DNA of 64,000 nt. Origin: Antedon mediterranea. Its lineage: Eukaryota; Animalia; Echinodermata. Shown in pieces: positions 1-38,590 of the stretch (position 1 is its first letter; each line of letters opens with the position of its first letter). Under the pieces are notes generated by a model. It was not told where the DNA came from. It saw nothing but the letters and a program-made list of their open reading frames with translations, and made no database searches. The stretch covers positions 28,445,175 through 28,509,174 of the forward strand of contig NC_092677.1 of assembly GCF_964355755.1 (NCBI RefSeq), given 5' to 3'. The position numbers and the translations under genes are program-made.

Positions 1-32
1 TCTGGTGACAGAAACTGGGTTCTCGTGCTTAA

Positions 33-658
33 AGCCCCATTCCCTACGTTTTTGAGATCTAATTTAAGATCACAAACTATATTTAATGTAAAAATAATAC
101 TACATGGTCCTATTGCGATAACTTTTTTCGTCTTTAAACGGTTAAAAATGTGAAAAATAAATCGATTCTAATAATTATAGCGGCCCGCTATAAATCCCAA
201 AATGCATTGCGCGCGGATTGATATTTTTGTTTTTCACCTGTAATTCGCCCACTTTTCGATCGATCGTGAAGCCAAAACAAATGGAAGACTCCTAACTTTT
301 CAGCGAAAATACCGAGTTTTCCCCAATTTATATCAACGGAGTCTGACAAAAATAGAAAGACAATTAATGCAGCAACTATACAACGTCAGGCTAGGTATAT
401 AGCTAGCGTACGATGTTCGTACGTTATCGATGTTTACCAGCTAGGCCTACAAAACTAAGCCTAGCTAGGCTAGGCCTAAGACCGTCCACGAGAGGTCGAT
501 CGCCGCGAGCTACTTAGGTAGTGCATTGTTTCTCACTTTTTATCATAATTTACCATAAAACGTACATTTAAGACAAGGAATGACATGGTTTAATGTTTTT
601 AAAGTGATATATATGTATTATTTTCCAAAAAACGTCCAAAATTGCAGGGAAGGGGTCT
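33..658. mobile_element. Non-autonomous Kolobok-type DNA transposon (TTAA-flanked)
   Basis: TTAA at 29-32 and 659-662. Imperfect TIR AGCCCCATTCCCTAC / GCAGGGAAGGGGTCT. AG...CT termini with a TTAA target duplication match the Kolobok superfamily. Confidence 0.75.
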
Positions 659-899
659 TTAAACATTTCTTAAAGACAGCCATACAAAATTACTGGTAGT
701 AAGCATTTGGTTGAGTTTCCTTTGTGTGATTTTTTCCATTATCTACAATATATGGGTTTGATGGTTAGGGGCTCTTAGTTTATTCTGAAAGGGTTGTACG
801 CTGTTGGATGCGTATGAAATTGCTAGTCATTATGCGTTTTTTTAAAGCCGAATTTGTGTTTATAAATAATAATTTATTTTATTTTATTTTTATTTTATT

Positions 900-1715
900 T
901 TATTCAATCAAAACCAACAGCGATAAATACCGCCACTAACAGGTTTGAAACATAAAACAATACAACATCAAAAACGGTTAACAATAAAATACAGATAAAA
1001 TATATATATATATATATAAAACATAGATTGGCATGCCATAAACAATTTCAATTAAAACAGGTTATGCAGGCTGTTCAAGAAGTGAACACATCATCGTCCT
1101 CTTAAAATAACCAAGTCTATCATTAAAAATATCGATATGATTGCTATTTAGATTATTAAATGTATAAGGTAGTCTATGAAAAAGTCCCCTCTTAGTACAG
1201 TCGACACGGCTAAAAGGAATATGCAATAAATGTCTATTTCGTGTACGACCAGGAACATTTAAACTAAATAGTGAAATTAATGAACAGTCATATTTAGAAT
1301 TTAAAATATTATATAAAAAAACCATATCAGATATCGTTCGACGATTGCTGACAGAATCAATGGAAAAGGCAAAATTAACACAGTTATAAGACAGGAATCG
1401 AACAAACTTCCGTTGAACAGTGTCGATTCGACGGGCCTGACATGGAGAAATTGAATTGAAAATTGCGGAACAATATTCAAGGTGAGGACGTATAATAGAT
1501 TTGTATAAAGATAAAAGTGCCCTGCCGTCGTTCATAAACCTACAATTTCTCCATATTAAGCCCATCATTCTATTAGCTTTTGACAACACATGATTAATAT
1601 GTGAACAAAAATTTAATTTACTATCAATAAAAATACCTAAATCTTTCCATACATAAACCATCTCAAGATCATTGATATGAGAATAATAAGATACTGCATA
1701 CTTTTTTGTATACAT
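900..1715 (-). mobile_element. 5'-truncated CR1-group LINE fragment (ORF2 C-terminus plus 3' UTR)
   Basis: ORF 1062..1715 has KDLGIFIDSKLNF, LYKSIIRPHLEY and VQRKFVR, typical post-RT motifs. An (ATAAA)n-type tail lies at about 870-905 on the minus strand. Confidence 0.85.
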
Positions 1716-2286
1716 ATATATTTTCCCATATGGATATGCTTGTTTTTGATGTGATGAATGTATGTTATGCTATCATCCATATAGCTATGTTTGAGAATAT
1801 AGTGTGTTGATCTGATGTGTGATGTCTGATGGATTTAATAATGTTTAAAATTATCCAGACTAATTAAGCAGCGCCTTTTATTCTGTACATATTGTATACT
1901 TTAGTGCTGCCCACCAGCCTCTTGCACCACTCATTTAGATGGTGTACGGTGTGATATGTTTGGTTTAAATATGTTGATCATTCATTTTGTTTGAGAACTT
2001 TAGTGTCATTGTTTAATATCATTGTTTGGTGCATACTTTGCTGGTGTTCATTGCTGTAGATGAAGTTATTACAGTTTCCATTTCAACTTAAATCTAGATT
2101 TTGCAGTTTTGCAAAATGTAGCAATTCAAAGAGTGCATGGAATAACTGTTCTTTTTTAATATACTAAAACATGACTATAATATACTGTAATCAACTATAG
2201 TATTAGGAAATAAAGTTAATTACTCATTTTTCTACTAAGATAGAACCCTCAGCTACTGTAGTTCCATTGAGTTTTCTTTGATTTAG

Positions 2287-10209
<7,923 letters not shown>

Positions 10210-11324
10210 ATCCAAAAATGTTGTGGTAGATATCAATTTGGTTCTTACTGTACAATGTACATCATAGTTAACAAAGTTTGTTTGTAAAAAAAATATTAGT
10301 TATTAAAAAATGATGCTTCTATATGTGATTGGTAAATGCTTAACTGTGTTAATGCAACAACTGTTGTAAAGTAGTACAGTACTTGTATTTATAAACCTAA
10401 AGTGATTTCTGATAGAGTAGGCATTAAACTAGTAACGTAAAATCTGTGTGCCAATTACTGTGTGTAATAATAGAGTACTACTAATAATAATTGTTTGCTT
10501 ACAAATGTATAATATTTTGGTAAAGTATTATAAAACAAGGTATGATTATTAATATACTAACTACTTGCAATTGATGCTATTTAACATCTTTGATTAATTG
10601 CCAGGCAGTATAAATGCACTGAGTAAACAATTACTGGTTTAAGTAGGACTTTTATTAGCTACCGCTTTCAAAAGCAATTTAACTTTTACACTGTGTTATT
10701 GAATACTAGTCACAATTAAATGTCTACCCTAACCCTAGTTATTCAAAATATTTAATGTAAAAACCTTTTAAAACCATGAATAAGTGCAATAATTACCTTT
10801 ACCTATAAATATTTTAAGATGGCAATCTAAAATTTATTATACAATAATGCTATCGGCCTTAAATTTATTTAACATAAAAAATGTAAAATTATTAATATCT
10901 AACAATCTTGTGAATAATGTGTCCAAAATCTCACTATTTAAAAATTATTGCATGTGATTACAATTTTAAAATGACATTAGAATTAGTTTGTTCAGTAGAA
11001 TGGTTATATTCAGTAACTCAATTCCTTGTCCCATATTTTTTTCTAATTTCCTCCTGTCTGATTGACGGTTCAGAATGGTAAAATGAAAGTTGCATATATT
11101 GTTCATATATCACATAGATAGGCCTACTATAGGTGCAGTATTTTGCCATAAACGGTCTACATTTTACACCGGTGAAAGTGTACATACTAACCACATACAG
11201 TAGTTATTATTGGGATTGATTTCACTTATAGAATTAAATTTAAAATATGTTTTCCAATTAATTGGCGGATGAGGGAATATTTTTATTGCAATTTACTTCT
11301 TAGATACAAAAGCGTTTCTTGATT

Positions 11325-11446
11325 TATTTATTGATTTGCATTGTAGGATAAAGTGTTTGTTAAAATAATAATCAATTACAATTTTTATTTATTGATTTGC
11401 ATTGTAGGATAAAGTGTTTGTTAAAATAATAATCAATTACAATTTT
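11325..11446. repeat. About 61-bp tandem duplication overlapping the NUDT7 stop codon
   Basis: TTTATTGATTTGCATTGTAGGATAAAGTGTTTGTTAAAATAATAATCAATTACAATTTT occurs twice. Confidence 0.9.
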
Positions 11447-12051
11447 GATTTAAAATAAAAATCTGGTTTCTGATTAAAGACAACTGTAGCAATATTGATA
11501 CATATCGCTGCAGTCAACCCCCATGTTTTGTATGTTTTGTTTCTAATATTGTGAGTAAACTCATGTAAATGATATCTATCTATAATTCTATGGCAATGTT
11601 TATCAGTTTTAAGGAAATCTAGTAGTGGTACACAAAAGCTATCTTCAACTTCATCAACATTTAAATTAGGTTTGAAATTATTTGGAATAAATCCAATAAC
11701 TGGTATAACCATGATGTTTGTTTTTGTAATAAATACTGGTCCTTGTGAAATTATTTCAATGTCATGTTTTGGCAATCCGATTTCTTCCCATGCTTCTCTT
11801 GTAGCAGTATCAACATCATCTTCATCGCATTTATCACGCATACCACCAGGAAAAGCAACATCACCTCCATAACTTCTCATATTTTTTGCACGTACAGTAA
11901 GCAAAACATAAACTTCACCATTTTTCAAAAAAAGTGGAATGAGTACAGCAGCCCTTTTTAAGTAATTGTTCGCTGGTTTAGGTTCCGATGATACCACCTC
12001 ATTATTATATGTTGTTGCAAGACGCCCAAGTATTATTTCTTTGCAAGGCAT
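11437..12051 (-). CDS. NUDT7: Nudix CoA diphosphatase, NUDT7-like, single coding exon
   Basis: AAVLIPL, the CoA motif LLTVRAKNMRSYGGDVAFPGG, Nudix box GGMRDKCDEDDVDTATREAWEEIGL, WGLTA, and a C-terminal SKL (PTS1). An acceptor TTATAG just upstream of the ATG suggests a 5' UTR intron. Confidence 0.88.
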   Translation of the reverse strand: MPCKEIILGRLATTYNNEVVSSEPKPANNYLKRAAVLIPLFLKNGEVYVLLTVRAKNMRSYGGDVAFPGGMRDKCDEDDVDTATREAWEEIGLPKHDIEIISQGPVFITKTNIMVIPVIGFIPNNFKPNLNVDEVEDSFCVPLLDFLKTDKHCHRIIDRYHLHEFTHNIRNKTYKTWGLTAAICINIATVVFNQKPDFYFKSKL

Positions 12052-12059
12052 AATCTATA

Positions 12060-13100
12060 ATAAATAAAAAAGTAGAAAAAATTACCACCACCAGTAGTTT
12101 TAGAGGGTTAGAGTTGTAGAGGGCCGCCGATTATGGTGGGAGATTCGGCGGCCGCTTTTTGACAACAGGCGCGGCGCGGCACATGCGTTCATTGAATGAC
12201 TGTCCGATCCATTGGAATTAAGTGAGACAGAGACCTATAGTATTTACTAAGGCTACATAAATAATTATTTTGAATGGAAAAATGCACTGAATGACGACTA
12301 CTATCAAAAGACCTGTTTTCTAATCCATGACATATACCAAAGACACTACTGAGTACTGCTGCTGTGCTGTATCTGATTATACTTTACATAACAATTTGGC
12401 TCCGGGTAATTCCATTATGAAGTATGGGTGCGGGATATGTTTATATTGCGTACAATGGTGTGTTATACCAAGAACAATATATAATATATTTTATTTCAGA
12501 TTAAATGTAGTATAAACATACAATATCGGATCGAAGAACAATGAAAGTTGAAAAATACGGATTCCCTCATCAATATTATTAACTTCCAATCCAAATAATG
12601 TATATCCAAATAATCGATCAGCCTCGAAAATGTAAAGTGTGTGCCAATAAAGCTGTATTGCGTCAACTCCTATTTTTGCGTTTATATATGACGTACACAG
12701 TAGTATTATTGAACATTTTGTAAGTAGGATTTTATTGATAAAAATGCAGTTAATGTGCATCCATATTTCCTGTATTTACACTTTATATTGTTAGGCTGCG
12801 ATTGTGTAATTTGTTTTTACTGTATTTGTGTTACATGGAGGTTTACCCATGGAGTAAATTCTTTACTCCATACCATGGTTTTGGTTTACCTCGGGTTTAC
12901 CTCCATGCAATACTTCTATGGAATGAGTTGGCGTAATTACGTGCCAGACTAGAGCTTGAGTTGACGCGAATTGGTTGGGCTCGAGTTGGAACGCATGTAG
13001 AATTGTCAGATGAAAAAAACAGTAATCAACCGTTTGGTGTTTACTAGCTAGGCCTAACTAGGGTAATAGGCTTAATAAATAAAGGTTTTTTCCAGTTATT
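12060..13100. promoter_or_regulatory. Probable divergent promoter region NUDT7 / DHX38
   Basis: The genes are head to head with about 1.6 kb between ATGs and CpG-containing patches. Start sites cannot be determined from sequence alone. Confidence 0.4.
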
Positions 13101-13648
13101 TTTTATTCGAAATATGGACCATGTAGGGGCGAGCCAGGCTAGCTAATTTTCCAAAGTTTCCAGTAGTAGTAGTTTAGAGAGGTCTCTATTTATAGCTTAG
13201 TACTGTAGGCTAGCTTAGCTAGCTAGCTAGTAGGCTAGCTAGAAAGGAGGACTTGCTGGCTGGCCCCTCTTACGACGTGTATTGCAGTTTCGCACCCACC
13301 TTATTTATCGACACCAACTAACTGGATTGGATAACACACATTTTTAGAAAGGTCTTTTTATGAATGACAATCAGAATCACATAAAAAGTAAATAAATAAA
13401 TAACCCTAAATAAATTCTTAATTAACTTAATAATATAAATTGTAATTGATGATTTTACTAGCTACTGCTAGAGCCTCATACTGGCTATATAGCCTATGGC
13501 TTTATGCTAGCTAAAAGACGTGTGTTTCTCGCACACTAACTAACTAACCCAAACATCATGAGTGGTACAATGTTTTTGTTTCTATGCAGAGCCAGAGCCA
13601 AAAAAGCGCCAACTAGGCCTACAGAACAGCTCTCATTCTAATTCCAGT

Positions 13649-30917
<17,269 letters not shown>

Positions 30918-31254
30918 AAACTCGGTGATAAGTCTCACTTATGAATAATAACAATTTAAAATACAAAAACTACCAATTTAACTTTTATAATAAGCACAAA
31001 TGAATTGTGGAAAAATCATGACCATTGAGGTCCATTGTTGAATTGTAGAGATGAATGAAGGGAATGATTTATTGGGTTACCACCTGTACATACTACACAT
31101 GAACACAGGTAGTACTTAAATTGTATCTTCCAGAGAATGTTGGAATAATATACAGTAGTTAATGGCAAAATAAAACTTTTGGTTTGTTTGTTTGTGGTAT
31201 TGCATAAAATCAATCAATTGCCAATGATCAAGGAATGTATTCTAATGTGGAAGG

Positions 31255-34200
31255 ACCTCAGACTGATGTCTAACCATTAATGGACTAATGTAAAGGTCCA
31301 TGGTTTAAAGTATCTAAAACCATCCTGTATTGGTATTTGGTTCCTCAACCTCAGACTGATGTCTAACCATTAATGGACTAATGTAAAGGTCCATGGTTTA
31401 AAGTATCTAAAACCATCCTGTATTGGTTATTTGGTTCCTCAACCTCAGACTGATGTCTAACCATTAATGGACTAATGTATAGGTCCATGGTCTAAAGTAT
31501 CTAAACCATCCTGTGTGGGTATTTGGTTCCTCAACCTCAGACTGATGTCTAACCATTAATGGACTAATGTAAAGGTCCATGGTTTAAAGTATCTAAAACC
31601 ATCCTGTATTGGTATTTGGTTCCTCAACCTCAGACTGATGTCTAACCATTAATGGACTAATGTAAAGGTCCATGGTTTAAAGTATCTAAAACCATCCTGT
31701 ATTGGTATTTGGTTCCTCAACCTCAGACTGATGTCTAACCATTAATGGACTAATGTATAGGTCCATGGTCTAAAGTATCTAAACCATCCTGTGTGGGTAT
31801 TTGGTTCCTCAACCTCAGACTGATGTCTAACCATTAATGGACTAATGTAAAGGTCCATGGTCTAAAGTATCTAAACCATCCTGTATTGGTATTTGGTTCC
31901 TCAAGCTCAGACTGATGTCTAACCATTAATGGACTAATTTATAGGTCCATGGTCTAAAGTATCTAAACCATCCTGTGTGGGTATTTGGTTCCTCAACCTC
32001 AGACTGATGTCTAACCATTAATGGACTAATGTAAAGGTCCATGGTCTAAAGTATCTAAACCATCCTGTATTGGTATTTGGTTCCTCAAGCTCAGACTGAT
32101 GTCTAACCATTAATGGACTAATTTATAGGTCCATGGTCTAAAGTATCTAAACCATCCTGTATTGGTATTTGGTTCCTCAAGCTCAGACTGATGTCTAACC
32201 ATTAATGGACTAATTTATAGGTTCATGGTTTAAAGTATCTAAAACCATCCTGTATGGTTATTTGGTTCCTCAACCTCAGACTGATGTCTAACCGTTAATG
32301 GACTAATGTAAAGGTCCATGGTTTAAAGTATCTAAAACCATCCTGTATTGGTATTTGGTTCCTCAACCTCAGACTGATGTCTAACCATTAATGGACTAAT
32401 GTATAGGTCCATGGTCTAAAGTATCTAAAACCATCCTGTATTGGTATTTGGTTCCTCAACCTCAGACTGATGTCTAACCATTAATGGACTAATGTAAAGG
32501 TCCATGGTCTAAAGTATCTAAACCATCCTGTGTGGGTATTTGGTTCCTCAACCTCAGACTGATGTCTAACCATTAATGGACTAATGTAAAGGTCCATGGT
32601 CTAAAGTATCTAAACCATCCTGTATTGGTATTTGGTTCCTCAAGCTCAGACTGATGTCTAACCATTAATGGACTAATTTATAGGTCCATGGTTTATAGTA
32701 TCTAAAACCATCCTGTATGGTTATTTGGTTCCTCAACCTCAGACTGATGTCTAACCGTTAATGGACTAATGTAAAGGTCCATGGTCTAAAGTATCTAAAC
32801 CATCCTGTGTGGGTATTTGGTTCCTCAACCTCAGACTGATGTCTAACCATTAATGGACTAATGTAAAGGTCCATGGTCTAAAGTATCTAAACCATCCTGT
32901 ATTGGTATTTGGTTCCTCAACCTCAGACTGATGTCTAACCATTAATGGACTAATGTATAGGTCCATGGTCTAAAGTATCTAAACCATCCTGTGTGGGTAT
33001 TTGGTTCCTCAACCTCAGACTGATGTCTAACCATTAATGGACTAATGTAAAGGTCCATGGTTTAAAGTATCTAAAACCATCCTGTATTGGTATTTGGTTC
33101 CTCAACCTCAGACTGATGTCTAACCATTAATGGACTAATGTAAAGGTCCATGGTTTAAAGTATCTAAAACCATCCTGTATTGGTATTTGGTTCCTCAACC
33201 TCAGACTGATGTCTAACCATTAATGGACTAATGTATAGGTCCATGGTCTAAAGTATCTAAACCATCCTGTGTGGGTATTTGGTTCCTCAACCTCAGACTG
33301 ATGTCTAACCATTAATGGACTAATGTAAAGGTCCATGGTCTAAAGTATCTAAACCATCCTGTATTGGTATTTGGTTCCTCAAGCTCAGACTGATGTCTAA
33401 CCATTAATGGACTAATTTATAGGTCCATGGTCTAAAGTATCTAAACCATCCTGTGTGGGTATTTGGTTCCTCAACCTCAGACTGATGTCTAACCATTAAT
33501 GGACTAATGTAAAGGTCCATGGTCTAAAGTATCTAAACCATCCTGTATTGGTATTTGGTTCCTCAAGCTCAGACTGATGTCTAACCATTAATGGACTAAT
33601 TTATAGGTCCATGGTCTAAAGTATCTAAACCATCCTGTATTGGTATTTGGTTCCTCAAGCTCAGACTGATGTCTAACCATTAATGGACTAATTTATAGGT
33701 TCATGGTTTAAAGTATCTAAAACCATCCTGTATGGTTATTTGGTTCCTCAACCTCAGACTGATGTCTAACCGTTAATGGACTAATGTAAAGGTCCATGGT
33801 TTAAAGTATCTAAAACCATCCTGTATTGGTATTTGGTTCCTCAACCTCAGACTGATGTCTAACCATTAATGGACTAATGTATAGGTCCATGGTCTAAAGT
33901 ATCTAAAACCATCCTGTATTGGTATTTGGTTCCTCAACCTCAGACTGATGTCTAACCATTAATGGACTAATGTAAAGGTCCATGGTCTAAAGTATCTAAA
34001 CCATCCTGTGTGGGTATTTGGTTCCTCAACCTCAGACTGATGTCTAACCATTAATGGACTAATGTAAAGGTCCATGGTCTAAAGTATCTAAACCATCCTG
34101 TATTGGTATTTGGTTCCTCAAGCTCAGACTGATGTCTAACCATTAATGGACTAATTTATAGGTCCATGGTTTATAGTATCTAAAACCATCCTGTATGGTT

Positions 34201-37200
34201 ATTTGGTTCCTCAACCTCAGACTGATGTCTAACCGTTAATGGACTAATGTAAAGGTCCATGGTCTAAAGTATCTAAACCATCCTGTGTGGGTATTTGGTT
34301 CCTCAACCTCAGACTGATGTCTAACCATTAATGGACTAATGTAAAGGTCCATGGTCTAAAGTATCTAAACCATCCTGTATTGGTATTTGGTTCCTCAACC
34401 TCAGACTGATGTCTAACCATTAATGGACTAATGTATAGGTCCATGGTCTAAAGTATCTAAACCATCCTGTGTGGGTATTTGGTTCCTCAACCTCAGACTG
34501 ATGTCTAACCATTAATGGACTAATGTATAGGTCCATGGTCTAAAGTATCTAAAACCATCCTGTGTGGTTATTTGGTTCCTCAACCTCAGACTGATGTCCA
34601 AACCATTAATGGACTAATGTAAAGGTCCATGGTCTAAAGTATCTAAAACCATCCTGTATTGGTATTTGGTTCCTCAACCTCAGACTGATGTCTAACCATT
34701 AATGGTTAGGGTTGTGTGAAGAACATGCAGCAGATCAGAAAGGACTTTTTAAAATTGTTAACCAACTCCTTCATCATCGCCAGGTATCACCTCTCCCAGA
34801 TAGTCTTTCTGACTTAGATCTTGCGAACAGGTTCTGTCAGTTTTTCACAGACAAGATCAAGATCATCAGAGACGACTTCAAGATTGATGACATGTCATTT
34901 AATGAGCCTGTGACAGCTGTTCATCAGCATCTCACAACATTTACACCAGCATCTCAAGATGAGATCCGCAACATTCTGATGAAATCACCAACAAAATCAT
35001 GCAGGTTAGATCCAGTTCCTACTTCTATACTGAAGAAGTGTATAGACGCAGTCGTTCCAATAATAACGGAAATCATTAACCATTCTCTTAATACCGGCAT
35101 AGTGCCAGATGAACTGAAAATTGCTCACGTTCGTCCTTTAATAAAAAAGCAAAACTTGGATCATAACACGCTGAAAAATTACCGCCCGGTGTCGAATCTT
35201 TCTTTTCTTGGAAAGACTCTGGAGCGTGTAGTGACATCACGCATTACTCCATATCTTCAAAAGCATAATTTAAATGAGAATTACCAGTCGGCATATCGTG
35301 CATGTCATAGCACGGAGAGTTCCCTTTTAAAGGTACAGAATGATTTGTTACAAGGAATGAATGATGGGAAAATAACGCTATTGGTGTTGTTGGATTTGTC
35401 AGCAGCGTTTGATACAGTTGATCACCAAAGACTGATAACCCGTCTGAGAAATCGCATTGGCATAAATGGTGTTGCTCTTAACTGGTTCCAGTCATATCTT
35501 ACAGGAAGACGTCAGCTAGTCTGTATCAATGATGCATTCTCAGATGAAGCTTGCCTGGAATATGGTGTACCACAGGGGTCAGTAATTGGGCCTGGCCAGT
35601 TTTCCATTTATACGCTTCCCCTTGGTGACATTATTCGCAAACACAGTCTACATTTCCATTTCTATGCAGATGATACACAGATTTATGTGTCAGTAAATCC
35701 AGTGCAAAGGGATGTTGCTGCAGCAATCAGTAAGATGGAAGCCTGTATAGAAGATGTTCGCAATTGGATGACAACAAATTACCTAAAGTTGAATGATGGA
35801 AAGACAGAGTTTATTATCGTCGGGTCTAAATGTAACATCTCCAAAATCAACATCACACATATCAGAATCGGAAACTCTAACATCGCTCCCTCATCGGTGG
35901 TCCGGAATCTGGGAATCATGCTGGATAGTAATCTCACTATGGAAGCACAAATAACAACTGTATCCAAAGCAGCATGCATATCGATTAGGAACCTTGGTCG
36001 TATTCGCGGTAATCTTAACAAGAAAACAGCTGAATTGATTGTACACTCATTTGTCACTTCTAAAATTGACATTGGTAATGCCTTGTTGTTTGGCATACCA
36101 AAATCTCAAATACAACGTTTGCAGCGCTTGCAAAATATGGCAGCTAGAATTGTAACTTATACAAAATCAAACGCTCACATAACTCCTGTCCTGATGGATT
36201 TGCATTGGTTGCCTGTTCAACAACGTATTAAGTACAAACTTGCGTTGTTTGTATTCAAGATCCTAAATGACAGTGCTCCGGCTTATTTATCTGACCTTGT
36301 GGATCGTTACGAATCATCCCGCAGAGGCCTACGATCATTGTCACAAAACCTTCTTCAAGAGCGTAGAGCGAAAAATCAGTGGGGTCAGAGATCTTTTTAC
36401 GTTGCGGCCGCAAGTGTATGGAACAGCTTACCAGCAACAGTTAAATGCTCGACTAGTCTAAACAGTTTCAAGACCAACCTAAAGACGTCGCTATTCGCTG
36501 ATGTTCTCGCACGTTGTTAATGCACAAAGCGCCATGAGCGCCACATGGGTGGAGGATACCGGCGCTATATAAGTTTTCATTTATTATTATTAATGGACTA
36601 ATGTATAGGTCCATGGTTTAAAGTATCTAAAACCATCCTGTATTGGTATTTGGTTCCTCAACCTCAGACTGATGTCTAAACCATTAATGGACTAATTTAT
36701 AGGTCCATGGTTTAAAGTATCTAAACCATCCTGTATTGGTATTTGGTTCCTCAACCTCAGACTGATGTCTAAACCATTAATGGACTAATTTATAGGTCCA
36801 TGGTTTAAAGTATCTAAACCATCCTGTATTGGTATTTGGTTCCTCAACCTCAGACTGATGTCTAACCATTAATGGACTAATGTATAGGTCCATGGTCTAA
36901 AGTATCTAAAACCATCCTGTGTGGCTATTTGGTTCCTCAACCTCAGACTGATGTCTAAACCATTAATGGACTAATTTATAGGTCCATGGTTTAAAGTATC
37001 TAAAACCATCCTGTATTGGTATTTGGTTCCTCAAGCTCAGACTGATGTCTAACCATTAATGGACTAATTTATAGGTCCATGGTTTAAAGTATCTAAAACC
37101 ATCCTGTATTGGTATTTGGTTCCTCAACCTCAGACTGATGTCTAAACCATTAATGGACTAATTTATAGGTCCATGGTTTAAAGTATCTAAACCATCCTGT

Positions 37201-37499
37201 ATTGGTATTTGGTTCCTCAACCTCAGACTGATGTCTAACCATTAATGGACTAATGTATAGGTCCATGGTCTAAAGTATCTAAAACCATCCTGTGTGGCTA
37301 TTTGGTTCCTCAACCTCAGACTGATGTCTAAACCATTAATGGACTAATTTATAGGTCCATGGTTTAAAGTATCTAAAACCATCCTGTATTGGTATTTGGT
37401 TCCTCAAGCTCAGACTGATGTCTAACCATTAATGGACTAATTTATAGGTCCATGGTTTAAATTATCTAAACCATCCTGTATGGGCATTTGGTTCCTCAA
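31255..37499. repeat. 92-94-bp intergenic tandem array interrupted by a LINE
   Basis: Unit CCTCAGACTGATGTCTAACCATTAATGGACTAATGTAAAGGTCCATGGTTTAAAGTATCTAAAACCATCCTGTATTGGTATTTGGTTCCTCAA over 31255-34705 and about 36588-37499. Confidence 0.97.
34706..36590 (+). mobile_element. 5'-truncated L2-clade LINE with uninterrupted RT reading frame
   Basis: ORF 34712..36520 has NYRPVSNL, LLDLSAAFDTVDH, GVPQGSVIGP, YADD, LHWLPV and WNSLP. The short 3' UTR AAAGCGCC...GGCGCTATATAAG ends in (TTA)n. ATTAATGG is present at both junctions. Confidence 0.93.
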
Positions 37500-38590
37500 T
37501 TGAAAATAAAATGGTCTGTGGACTATACCCTGTTTGGTTAGTGTAAGTGGAATACAGTTGATTCTTGAATTGTGACTAGGTGGATGAATGCTGAGGGTGG
37601 ATTACAAAATATATATAAAAAAAAGGGGTAGTTACTACATAAAACAACAATAAAACTGGACTGAGATGGTTGTCATCCACCAAACTACAAGACAACTAGA
37701 CAACTCTACTGCACCACTCTAATCAACGATTAATTTACGGAATGTGGTGTAAAAGTTCTGTAAACTTTATTTTCGAACCATTGCGAACCTATAATAGGAT
37801 AATCATAGAAACCAGCGCGTATAACTTTCTTTTTTATATTAAAGATGTATATTGTCCCATAAAAACATGAAAAATATAGATTAATAATGGATTGAATTGG
37901 CTATTTCGCAGTTTTAATCAAGTTAGTAATTACTTAGGCCTATGTAAAATGAAAAAACAATTATTTATAATGTTTTTACTATAAAAATACACTGAATACA
38001 ACTGCTAAATTCAACCGAACTGCACATCATTGACTATTTTACTGCTTTAAATTAAAGTATTTTCATGTAAATATTTTTTTGATCCAATTTTTGGTCAAAG
38101 TGAATGACTATTTATGTTACATTTATTAAAATTGCATATTCATAAACATTAAAAAAAAAATTGTTTTTCAGAAGAATTAAAAAGTACCATAGATAGGCTA
38201 TTAATATAGTATTACCTGGGAAGAGTGAAATTAAGAATACATTTTATAATATAACAAATGACAATAACATAAACTAACAAGATAAATAAATATAAAGTCA
38301 GTAAAGATAAGATAATTATATATTTTAAATCTAGAATTTAAGTACGAGTATTTGTGTTAATCGCGATTACGAGTACGATCGAGCATTGTGTGTACTACTG
38401 ACGACGGTGAAGTTTTACATCCGGGACTTTCAGTGCGGCTGCGTAGTAGTATTAAAATTGGACTTAGTCAGATTTTTTCCTAAAAGCTTCGAAGTCGCCA
38501 TTATTTAACCGGTACGTGTTGAAACGATTGGCTAGTTAATATTTAGCTGTTCTTTTTTATCAAGATAATTTAAGAATACTATCAACCGAT

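Noticed and set aside
34706-34713. TTAGGG at the LINE 5' junction as telomere healing
   Set aside because: A single hexamer, expected by chance or as part of the LINE.
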